DNA of 64,000 bases from Rubripirellula sp. (GTDB lineage Bacteria; Planctomycetota; Planctomycetia; Pirellulales; Pirellulaceae), in assembly GCA_965216875.1 (NCBI GenBank), contig OZ244207.1, positions 1,024,001-1,088,000 of the forward strand, read 5' to 3'. The notes below the pieces were generated by a model. It saw only the letters and a list, made by a program, of their open reading frames with translations, did no database searches and had not been told where the DNA came from. The position numbers were made by a program, and so were the translations under genes. Of this stretch, positions 1 through 8,638 are shown piece by piece; positions within the stretch are counted from its first letter, which is position 1, and each line of letters starts with the position of its first letter.

Positions 1-1543
1 AAGCTTCGGGGATGGGCATTGCGTTTCGGACATGATGCTGGCTGTAGGCGACTCTCGCACCGAGCAGATTTTGTGAGCTAATGGTTGTTGTTGCTTGTTG
101 GTTTGGATCGATTTCAAATGCGTTTGGCTTGCCGAAGTTCTTGGAAACGCTGTCCCACCAATGCTCGTAGGCTTGACGCATTTGTTTGCATTTGTGCGCG
201 TGTTGTGACGCAATGTCATGATGCTGACCAGGATCTTGCCGAAGGTCGAACAGTTGCGAACCGACTAATCGCCAAGGACCTGACATCACTGCAAAGTCTT
301 TGCCGTGGATGGGCATCCCATCGCCAATCGGCTTTGCAAAACGACCTTGGTGGTGGACGACCATTGTTCGCTGTGGCACACGCTGTCTCGGCTGCTTCAG
401 TACTGCTGCGAGCGAGATACCGTCGAATTCGATTTCATGCGGCAGCGACAGCCCACACAAGTCGATCAGAGTCGGCATCAAATCAAGATGGGCAGTCAAG
501 CCACTGACGTCCTTACCGCCGTTGATGTTGCCGCCTGGCCAATGGATGAAGCAGGCAGCCCGGTGCCCACCTTCGTAGGCCGACGCTTTGCGGCCACGCA
601 TTCCTGAATTGAACCCGCCCGTCTTCGTTGTCGACTCAACCCAGCCATTGCGGTCCGGTTTGCCGTTGTTCGTGAGCGTGACCCCGTGTCCCGTGCCGTT
701 ATCGTTAAGGAATACGAGGAGGGTGTCGCGATCAAGATTCAACGCGGCAAGGTCGGCACGCAGCTGTTTCAGGTTCTCGTCGATGCAGGCAATCATGCCA
801 TAAAAGTGTGCGCGCGAATGCGGTATGGCTGGGTTGTTGAGCAGCGGTGTGACGAATTTTTCGGGAACGTGCAGCGGCCCATGAGGCGCGTTGGTGGGTA
901 GATAGAGAAAGAACGGGCGGTCGCGGTTGCGTCTGACAAATTCCCTGGCTTCGCGGAACCAAACGTCGGTGCAATACCCTTGCACCTGTTCGGGTTCGTT
1001 ATTGCGAAAGTAAACGTCGTCGTAATAATCGTTGTTCCAATGGTCCGGCGTTTCGCCGATCATCCCACCCCCATGAATCAATGCTTCGTCGAACCCGCGG
1101 TCGGTAGGGCGAAACGGATAGTTATCGCCAAGGTGCCACTTGCCAAAGATCGCAGTGCGGTAGCCGTTGTCTCGAAACGCATTGGCGAGCGTCGTTTCGT
1201 CACGTTGAAGATGGTGTCGGCTCCCATACGTCAGCCAGACGCCGACGCGGGATGAATAACGACCGGTTAGCAGAGCCGCGCGAGTGGGCGAACAGGTTGG
1301 ATCGACATGAAAGTCGGTCAAACGAACTGAATCGCGGTGCAGTGAGTCGATGGCTGGAGTTTGAATGTAAGGGTTGCCGTGACAAGACATGTCGCCGTGT
1401 CCCTGGTCGTCGGTAAGAATGACGATCACGTTCGGCTTTGGGGATGCTTGGTCGGCGGCGCTGGCACTACCTGCAGCGGCAAACGTCAGCAACGCGAGGG
1501 CAAGACTCTGGTGGAATAGGGGATGACTGTTTGGGATCTGCAT
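1..1543 (-). CDS. Arylsulfatase (formylglycine-dependent sulfatase), 3' end outside the window
   Basis: Absent from the ORF track because it has no stop in the window. Manual translation from ATG 1543 gives a signal peptide, then KPNVIVILTDDQGHGD...TPAIDSL...CSPTRAALLTGRY (CxPxR motif). The same frame also reads as plausible protein at the window edge. Confidence 0.92.
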   Translation of the reverse strand, partial: MQIPNSHPLFHQSLALALLTFAAAGSASAADQASPKPNVIVILTDDQGHGDMSCHGNPYIQTPAIDSLHRDSVRLTDFHVDPTCSPTRAALLTGRYSSRVGVWLTYGSRHHLQRDETTLANAFRDNGYRTAIFGKWHLGDNYPFRPTDRGFDEALIHGGGMIGETPDHWNNDYYDDVYFRNNEPEQVQGYCTDVWFREAREFVRRNRDRPFFLYLPTNAPHGPLHVPEKFVTPLLNNPAIPHSRAHFYGMIACIDENLKQLRADLAALNLDRDTLLVFLNDNGTGHGVTLTNNGKPDRNGWVESTTKTGGFNSGMRGRKASAYEGGHRAACFIHWPGGNINGGKDVSGLTAHLDLMPTLIDLCGLSLPHEIEFDGISLAAVLKQPRQRVPQRTMVVHHQGRFAKPIGDGMPIHGKDFAVMSGPWRLVGSQLFDLRQDPGQHHDIASQHAHKCKQMRQAYEHWWDSVSKNFGKPNAFEIDPNQQATTTISSQNLLGARVAYSQHHVRNAMPIPEA

Positions 1544-1706
1544 GATCACGTTCGTTGAATTTGAGCTGGCTTCGAGGTACACGCCAGTCCTGACGCGTCC
1601 CTCTTTAGATACCGTATCCCGCAAAGATCTGCCGCAGAATCTACATCATTTTGGCAACGGCAACGGTCATCAGTACTTTCACGGAAAGGCAAAGTTGATT
1701 GTGCCC

Positions 1707-1879
1707 GTTCGTAGTACCGGCTTCAGCCGGAATCTTCTGGCTCTTCCGCCTAAAGGCGCCTAAAGGCGGGATTACGAACGATGTGAGCCGAACGCGCTAG
1801 CGTCGGGCCTTGCGTTCGATTTTTTGTCATGCGGAGCATGACCTACAATTGCTTGTCATGCCGAGCATGACCTACGAAC
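1707..1879. repeat. REP-like cluster: inverted pair of family A (GTAGTACCG..TTCA..CGGAA), one family B (GTGAGCCG...CGTCGGGCC), two family C (GTAGGTCATGCTCCGCATGACA)
   Basis: The same palindromic units recur at 26046, 29006 and 35496 (A), 28919 and 47825 (B), and 63761-63850 (C). There is an internal 10-bp duplication CCTAAAGGCG. Confidence 0.85.
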
Positions 1880-1883
1880 GACG

Positions 1884-3392
1884 CTAGTGATTGGTTTGTT
1901 TGACCAATTCGACGTAGAGTCGATCGAGTAGCTCGTTTGCCGAGAAGGGTTTTCGGATTGGAGCACAGGCTTCTGGATCGATGTGGTGAAACCTGAGTCG
2001 ATCGTCGGTGTAACCGGTCAAATAAACGACTGGGACGTCGCAGCCCATGGAACGCGCTCTGTCGGCGAAAGCTGGACCATTCATTTCCGGCATGATGATG
2101 TCTGAAAGCACGAGGTCGAAGCTTCGGTCTTGTACCTTCGCAAGGGCCTCGACGCCGTCGCCGGTTGAGACGACCAGCATTTCTTCGGTTTCCAAGATGC
2201 CGGTGATCAAGTTGCGAATGCGCGGGTCATCTTCGACCACCAAGATTTGGGTTCCTCGAAGGGTTTGCCTGCGCTGATCGATCAAGTTGTCGCCGGTGGA
2301 TACCATCACCACTTCACCCGGATCGTGTAGTGGAAACAGCAAGTCGATCGTTGTGCCCCGATCAAGTTCGCTATCGATCTGAACCGAACCTCCCGCTTCG
2401 CGCATGATTTTGCAAACCGATGCCAAGCCGAGTCCGGTGCCAGCTCCGGCCGCTTTGGTGGTGAAAAATGGCTCGAACGCTTTCTCTTGCGTTTCGTAAC
2501 TCATCCCAGACCCCGTATCCGAAAACGAAACCTTGGCTTGGTTTTCTTGAGTGACCGTAACGGATAGGTCAATGCGTCCGCCGTTTGGCATCGCGTCTCG
2601 GGAATTCGACGCCAGGTTCAGCAAGACGAGTTCGACGTTGCCGATTTCCGTTTGGATCCAAAGTGGCGTGTCGGGCCCGGTGTATTTGAGGGCAACGTCT
2701 TCGCCAACGAGCTTTTGAGCCAAGGGCAAGGTCGAGCGAATCGATTCGGTCAAATCGAGTCGCACCAATTGGCCACGATCTTTTCGGCTAACGGAAAGGA
2801 GTTTTCGAATCAATGATGCCGCGAGTGCTCCGGCGCGGTTGATTTCCAAAGCCCAATGGCGCCACTCGGAATGATCTTTGAGCACATCGGCAAGTAACCC
2901 CGAGTAGGTGATGATCGGAGCGAGCGTGTTGTTGAAGTCGTGTGCGATGCCGCTGGTAAGATTCCCGAGCACGTTCATCTTTTGCGCGTGCCGGACTTGT
3001 TTCTCGAGGTCCTTTTGTTCGCTCAGCTCGCGCCACGCGATGTGCAACATCGGTTCGCCGTCGGCAACGATTTCGGTCAAAAGGACTTCGACCGGGAACT
3101 CCTCGCCGTCGGACCGCCGGTGCACCCACTCGAAACGCTGGTTGCCAGCTTCACGGCTCAGGGCAAGTATCTCGTTGGCTTTGTCAAACGATCGCTTGCC
3201 ATCGGGTTGATAGACGGGCGAAATCTTGGATGGATGACACTGTAGCAATGACTGTTTGTCGGCGAACCGAAGCATGTCGACAGCCGCCTGGTTGCAGTCC
3301 ACGAAGCGATCGCCTTTGATGATAAGCATCGCATCCGCAGATTTTTCAAACAGGGCGCGGTATCGATCGCTCTCGGTGTCGTCGGAATTCAT
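1884..3392 (-). CDS. PAS-domain hybrid sensor histidine kinase with C-terminal receiver
   Basis: PAS domain, H-box GIAHDFNN, N-box LNLASNSRDAM, G-boxes DTGSGM and FFTTK..GTGLGL, receiver DLVLSDIIMPEMNG. Start placed at MNSDD (3392). Confidence 0.92.
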   Translation of the reverse strand: MNSDDTESDRYRALFEKSADAMLIIKGDRFVDCNQAAVDMLRFADKQSLLQCHPSKISPVYQPDGKRSFDKANEILALSREAGNQRFEWVHRRSDGEEFPVEVLLTEIVADGEPMLHIAWRELSEQKDLEKQVRHAQKMNVLGNLTSGIAHDFNNTLAPIITYSGLLADVLKDHSEWRHWALEINRAGALAASLIRKLLSVSRKDRGQLVRLDLTESIRSTLPLAQKLVGEDVALKYTGPDTPLWIQTEIGNVELVLLNLASNSRDAMPNGGRIDLSVTVTQENQAKVSFSDTGSGMSYETQEKAFEPFFTTKAAGAGTGLGLASVCKIMREAGGSVQIDSELDRGTTIDLLFPLHDPGEVVMVSTGDNLIDQRRQTLRGTQILVVEDDPRIRNLITGILETEEMLVVSTGDGVEALAKVQDRSFDLVLSDIIMPEMNGPAFADRARSMGCDVPVVYLTGYTDDRLRFHHIDPEACAPIRKPFSANELLDRLYVELVKQTNH

Positions 3393-3641
3393 CGCTTTAC
3401 ATGTCCAGGGTACCGGTAGCGATTGATGGAGTAGCAAGTGGGTGTTCTCGTTTTCCCCCACCAGGATTTTAGCAGGTCTCGGTCCTGCCATGAGCGTCGA
3501 GAGACCGGTCGCCCTGTCGGCAATAGGCTCGATTTTGGTGCTGGAATGGCCATTGTGGAGCATGGTTGAATACAATCGTTACTCAACCACATAATCCCGA
3601 CACACTTGATCCATCCAATCACCCAATCGTCCGACTCGCCG

Positions 3642-4433
3642 ATGAGACTCATACCCGTCCTTTTCTTCGTTTTGATGTCCGCCCTTACATCGGAGCTGCC
3701 CGCCAACGACGCGGGTGCGTGGCCCGAACTGAGTGGCGATGGTGTCACCGCCGCGGTGGACGGAAGAACGCTCACGCTTGAGCTTGATGCGGACACGGTC
3801 AAAGAAGGGAAGGTGGTCTTGCCGCGGTTATGCGCCACGATCCGCTCGGTACAGTGGCGGGGACATGCCGACGCGAAGATCGAGATTCGGCCTGAACAAA
3901 CGGAGTGGACCTTCACCTGGAAATCAGCGCCAGCAGATGCATCTGTGATCGAAATTGTGTTTGATACAGCGCCCTTGTTTCCAAAGGATTGCCCGATCGC
4001 GACCGCGCTTGGCGATGGTTCGGTCATGCTTCATGCTTGGCAAGCCGAAACGTTTGGCGACAAGATCCTGTTTGAACCCCAGTGGTACAAGAACACCGTT
4101 GGCTATTGGGTCGACGACAAGGCCTATGCGACTTGGGATCTCGAGGTGGAACAGCCGGGAACCTATTCGATCGCCGTGTTGCAAGGTTGTGGCAAAGGTC
4201 AGGGCGGCAGCGATGCCGTCGTGACCCTGAGCAAGGATGGTAAGGCAAAGGCGACGCTGCCGTTTCGAACGCTCGACACCGGGCACTTCCAGAACTTTCG
4301 CTGGATTCACCTGGGCATGATTGAGCTCTCCGAAGCAGGGGCCTACGAGTTGCGCATCAGTGTCAAGAAGATTGCCAAGGTCGCACTGTTTGATGTGCGG
4401 AACATCCACCTTGTGCGACAAGCTCAGCCATAG
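3642..4433 (+). CDS. Secreted protein with a C-terminal CBM-like beta-sandwich (DUF5077-like)
   Basis: Signal peptide MRLIPVLFFV. The C-terminal NTVGYW...ATW...PGTY..AVLQGCGKGQGGS...DTGHFQNF pattern resembles CBM6/35-like modules. Confidence 0.6.
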   Translation: MRLIPVLFFVLMSALTSELPANDAGAWPELSGDGVTAAVDGRTLTLELDADTVKEGKVVLPRLCATIRSVQWRGHADAKIEIRPEQTEWTFTWKSAPADASVIEIVFDTAPLFPKDCPIATALGDGSVMLHAWQAETFGDKILFEPQWYKNTVGYWVDDKAYATWDLEVEQPGTYSIAVLQGCGKGQGGSDAVVTLSKDGKAKATLPFRTLDTGHFQNFRWIHLGMIELSEAGAYELRISVKKIAKVALFDVRNIHLVRQAQP

Positions 4434-4451
4434 TCGAGCGACGCAGACCGC

Positions 4452-7049
4452 TCATTTCGTTCGGAAGACCTCGCTGTCTACTAAGTCAGCGATGAGGTCG
4501 CCGAACTTCAGGTTGTTGTCTTTGGCTGCATCAACGATGTCAGCAACGATTTTTCTTTCGCGGTAGTTGAGCGAACGCCCGGTTGCATAGGTCAATAACT
4601 TCTCGCTCAGGCAACAAGCAAATCGCGTAGGGTGATCGGTCAGGTATTTCTTCAGGTCGGTGACGTCACGCAGCTCTTCGCCGCTGGGGAGTGTGCCCGT
4701 TGCATCGATCGGGGATCCATCCTTGCGTTTGCTGCTTCCCTCTTGATCGAAGTATGCGGGGTACGTTTCTCTCCAGCGACCGATGGGGTCGAAGTTCTCG
4801 AGCACAAAGCCAAGCGGATCGATTTCGCGATGGCATGCGGCGCAGGATTGTTCGGCCATGTGTGTGGCCAATCTGGCTTTGGGAGTCGTTGCGCCGCCAA
4901 TGTCAGGGGTGAGTGCCGGAACGGCCTTAGGCGGCTCTGGCGGCGGTGAGCCCAAGATGTTTTCGAGCAACCAAACTCCTCGAAGCACCGGTTGGGTATC
5001 AACGCCGTTTGCCGTCGCCATCATGACTGCCGGCATCCCCAACAATCCGCCCACGCGACCTGATGGGTCGATGGCCACTTGCCGCATGCCCTTTTTGGCT
5101 TTCTGTTTCGCCTTTTTCGACCCCGCTTTCAGGCTTGGCAACTGGTAGATGTCTTTGCCGATCACCTCATCGGTGAAAACGAAATCTGGCGTGATGAGAT
5201 CGGTCACGTCTTGGTTGTTGTCCAACACATGGCGAAAGGTAAGCACGACTTCTTGCTGCATGCCCTGTCGATGCGCGGCGGTGAAGTTGCGAATCAAGCG
5301 TGCGTCGGGCATCAGTCGGTCGACCGCATCGAGGCCGAGCCACTGGTGCGTGAAGTCGGTGGCGAAGGTGTTGGAGTTCTTGAGCAGGCGTCGCGTTTGT
5401 TTTCGCAGTTCGCTTGGAGTCGATAGTTTTCCTGATGCGGCCAACTTCATCAAAGTCGCATCGGGCGGTCCCGACGTCAAGAAATAGGAGAGCCGGCTTG
5501 CGAGTTCGTGGCTAGAAAGCTCTCCAGCCCCAATGCTGCGATAGAGGAACGCTGGCGAAATCAATGCGGTGCGAATTGCCAAGTGCATTCCGGCGTCGAG
5601 CGAGCCGTTCGCTTGCCGCTCGTTGTCGACAAGTCGAACGTAGCTGTCGACTTCCGCTTCGGTTGCTGCGCGACGGAAAGTCGTACTTAGAAACTTGGTG
5701 AAGAAGCGTTTCAAAGCAGTTTGATCCGACTCTGGCGAGAGCTCGCCAAGGAACTGTTTGCGTTGTCGGTCCCGACGCTGTTGATCTCGGTCATCGTAGG
5801 GTTCGATAGGACCGATGATCTTGATGTTTTCGATCGCGATGTAAGGTCCTTCTTCAAAGAACTTGTAGACCAGCGTCTCACCGCTGGACACCGCGTTCTT
5901 TGAGACCGATTTGACAGCCTGTTGGAGTGCATCGCTGTCGGGTTGAAATTGCGAGACTTCGAGATCGTCATCGGCCATGACCTGTTTGAGTCGCTCCCAT
6001 CCGCTACCGCCGCGGGCTGGCGAACCGAGCTTTTTCCAGGCAGCCGCGATCTGAGGTTCTCGCAAAAACAGCGACTCTAAAAACTCAGGGTAGGCCGCTT
6101 TGTCTTCGTAGTTGAACGGCCCGTTGGAATAACGCGCGCGAACCGTTGCGCCAGCATCGAGGCCGATTTCAAACTCGAAGGTTCGTGTGCCGCCCGGCTC
6201 GATGGACAATGCCTTCTGACGCGGCGCCGTGCCAGTCATTTGGCTCGATTCGACCAGTAATTCCGGCACGTGACCCGATGCCTTTCTTGGATCGAAACTC
6301 GATGCCGTGATTGCGACTCGGTAGCGACCACTCGCCGGTGCCTCGAACTTGGTGGGCCAAGTTGCATGGCGTACGGCGTTGCTGCCGGACGATGCAAGCC
6401 GCATGGCTCCATCAATCAAGCAAGCGGACGAATAGCTAATGACAAGTTCTGGGGCCGGGACGTCAAATGTCTTGACCGCGGTCGGCTTCGTTTCGGGCGG
6501 GAAGAACTGGTCCGCGATTTCGGTTGCGGCGTCGGCGAGCGCTTCCAAGTGCGAAGCGGCAATCACGAGAGCTTCGCCTTGGTTGTCGAATCCGTGTTGT
6601 TCGTTGTCGGGCGGGAAGCCATCTGGGAGCGAATAGTTTTCCAGTCCGAAGATTTCTGAGACGGTGTTGGCGTATTCACGTCCGCTCAAACGACGAAGCG
6701 GCGTGCCGCCGATCGGGCTGTTTTCAATCAAAGCTCTGTCGAGCCAATCGAGAACCACTTTCCGCTGACGCTCGCTGGGTTGGTCCATGTCGGCAGGCGG
6801 CATGATCTTTTTTACGATCATGGTGTGGGCGAGTTCAAGCGACGAGATGACGTTGGCGTCATCCCAGTCCGGAGACGCAACCGGCAGGACAAAGTCGCCT
6901 TCTGCTGCCACGTTGTCATGGCAATCCATGCAGTATTGGCGCAGGACCTTTACCCCGTCCTCGATGCCGCTCTCTTCGGCCTGGCATTGAACCAGAGGCC
7001 ACAGCGTTGATGCGGCAATGAGAACAAAAACGCAACTACGCCCAATCAT
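4452..7049 (-). CDS. Planctomycete cytochrome c / DUF1587-1595-1592-1588-1585 protein
   Basis: Heme motifs CMDCH and CAACH, plus LRRLS..EY.NT, ELASRLSYFL..GPPD, PVLRGVWLLENILG.PPP.PP and ENFDPIGRWR. Start placed at MIGRS. Confidence 0.9.
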   Translation of the reverse strand: MIGRSCVFVLIAASTLWPLVQCQAEESGIEDGVKVLRQYCMDCHDNVAAEGDFVLPVASPDWDDANVISSLELAHTMIVKKIMPPADMDQPSERQRKVVLDWLDRALIENSPIGGTPLRRLSGREYANTVSEIFGLENYSLPDGFPPDNEQHGFDNQGEALVIAASHLEALADAATEIADQFFPPETKPTAVKTFDVPAPELVISYSSACLIDGAMRLASSGSNAVRHATWPTKFEAPASGRYRVAITASSFDPRKASGHVPELLVESSQMTGTAPRQKALSIEPGGTRTFEFEIGLDAGATVRARYSNGPFNYEDKAAYPEFLESLFLREPQIAAAWKKLGSPARGGSGWERLKQVMADDDLEVSQFQPDSDALQQAVKSVSKNAVSSGETLVYKFFEEGPYIAIENIKIIGPIEPYDDRDQQRRDRQRKQFLGELSPESDQTALKRFFTKFLSTTFRRAATEAEVDSYVRLVDNERQANGSLDAGMHLAIRTALISPAFLYRSIGAGELSSHELASRLSYFLTSGPPDATLMKLAASGKLSTPSELRKQTRRLLKNSNTFATDFTHQWLGLDAVDRLMPDARLIRNFTAAHRQGMQQEVVLTFRHVLDNNQDVTDLITPDFVFTDEVIGKDIYQLPSLKAGSKKAKQKAKKGMRQVAIDPSGRVGGLLGMPAVMMATANGVDTQPVLRGVWLLENILGSPPPEPPKAVPALTPDIGGATTPKARLATHMAEQSCAACHREIDPLGFVLENFDPIGRWRETYPAYFDQEGSSKRKDGSPIDATGTLPSGEELRDVTDLKKYLTDHPTRFACCLSEKLLTYATGRSLNYRERKIVADIVDAAKDNNLKFGDLIADLVDSEVFRTK

Positions 7050-8319
7050 TGATACCACGGCTTGTGCCCGAGAACGTTTCGATGGGGGAACCAAGTTGCT
7101 TGAGGATCGAGACGAACACGTCGCCAAGTTTCAAGGCATTTGAATCTTTGGCGTCCGTCGCAAGGTGCCGGCCGTGTTGGAATCCGCCGCCCGCGACAAG
7201 GGTTGGCAGGTCACGATTGGAATGTCGGCTTGCATCGCCCATCCCCGTGCCAAACATAACGACGGTGGTGTCGAGCAACGGACGGCCATCGGCGTCCGTT
7301 TTCTGTTTGAGTTGTGTCAAGAACCTTGCAAGGCACTTCATGTGTTCGGTTTCCACTCGAACCAAGTCCCGGATCAAATCGGGGTCGTTGCCATGATGCG
7401 ACAACGCATGGTATCCCGCGCGTAGCGTTTGGCCATCGAGCGTGAAGACTTGACCGAGTCCGGCGATAAACAGAGTTGCGACTCGAGTCGAATCCGTTTG
7501 CAGTGCCAACGCCATCAAGTCGAACATGATGCGTTCGCATTCAAGCATCAAGGTCGGCGCCACTGGATCATAGGCTGGCAATTCGTAATCGACCTGAACG
7601 GCATCGTCGGCCAGGTGATTGAGCTGTCGGCTCATCCGTTGTTCGAGTTCACGAAGCGACGTGAAATACTCTGACAGTTTTTGCTTGTCGTCCTTGTTGA
7701 CCGAACGCTCGAGTTGTTTGGCGTCTTCTCGAACCACATCGAGAGCGCTTCTTCCGCTCTTGAGCAAGTACTCCGTTCGTGCCCGGTCATCGGCGCTCGC
7801 AAACAGCTTTTTGTAAACCACGCTGGGCCGATTGATCATCGGCAACGGAACGCCTTGTCGCGTGAAAACCATGCGTTGTTTGGGGATGCCGCCGGCGCAC
7901 AGTTGTAAGGATTCGAATCGCGTCGATCTGCCGATGGTTTCGGCGGCGATCTGGTCGAGCGTGACATCGCCAACCCGCTGCCCACATAAAAAGTTGTCCC
8001 AGTTACGATGTCCGTTGGCGGCGCGATGATCGAAACCAGAGAAGACCGTGAAGTCATCGCGGTGCTGCTCAAGTGGTTCAAGGAGCGTGGTGGTTTTGTA
8101 GTTTTTGCCCGCTTGGTCGGGATAGAAAGCCTTGCGATACAAACCAAGGTTCGAGCCGACGCAGATCAGGCGTTTGGCTTTGCCTTCGTTCTCGCCGCCG
8201 TTTTCCGCCTCGTTTCGTTCCGAGGCGACGGCGCGTGGAGCCGACTGAAGCATCGGCAATGTCAGCGTCAGCCCAGCGGACTTGAGCACGGAACGGCGGT
8301 CGTTGTTGCTTGGTTTCAT
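7036..8319 (-). CDS. DUF1552 family protein with Tat-like leader
   Basis: RRSVLKSAG.TLTLPML leader, YHALSHH, and C-terminal GMGDASRHSNRDLPTLVAGG. Overlaps the DUF1592 gene start. Confidence 0.9.
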   Translation of the reverse strand: MKPSNNDRRSVLKSAGLTLTLPMLQSAPRAVASERNEAENGGENEGKAKRLICVGSNLGLYRKAFYPDQAGKNYKTTTLLEPLEQHRDDFTVFSGFDHRAANGHRNWDNFLCGQRVGDVTLDQIAAETIGRSTRFESLQLCAGGIPKQRMVFTRQGVPLPMINRPSVVYKKLFASADDRARTEYLLKSGRSALDVVREDAKQLERSVNKDDKQKLSEYFTSLRELEQRMSRQLNHLADDAVQVDYELPAYDPVAPTLMLECERIMFDLMALALQTDSTRVATLFIAGLGQVFTLDGQTLRAGYHALSHHGNDPDLIRDLVRVETEHMKCLARFLTQLKQKTDADGRPLLDTTVVMFGTGMGDASRHSNRDLPTLVAGGGFQHGRHLATDAKDSNALKLGDVFVSILKQLGSPIETFSGTSRGINDWA

Positions 8320-8638
8320 GAGCATCCAACGCGATGAGGGGATTTGCGGCCAGTGGGCCAAGGTGGGACGCCTGAGTGAATGCTCTTCGAAGGAGTGGTT
8401 TCGACTCTGGCGGGAGCGAGACATCCAGGCTTTGAGGGGACCGTCAGCATACCCAAGACGTTCGGTCGAAGCAAAGTGAATTCGTCCACCAAGCCGTCGA
8501 TCGATCGTCATGAACAATGAGCTGAATCGCAGGCGTTTTTTTCGGCAGTTTGGGGCGATACGCCAAATAAGCTTTGGGCCGAATTCGATTCAATCGCAAG
8601 CCCCTTGCTTTCTTCTCGACTTCTACAGATTGATCTCA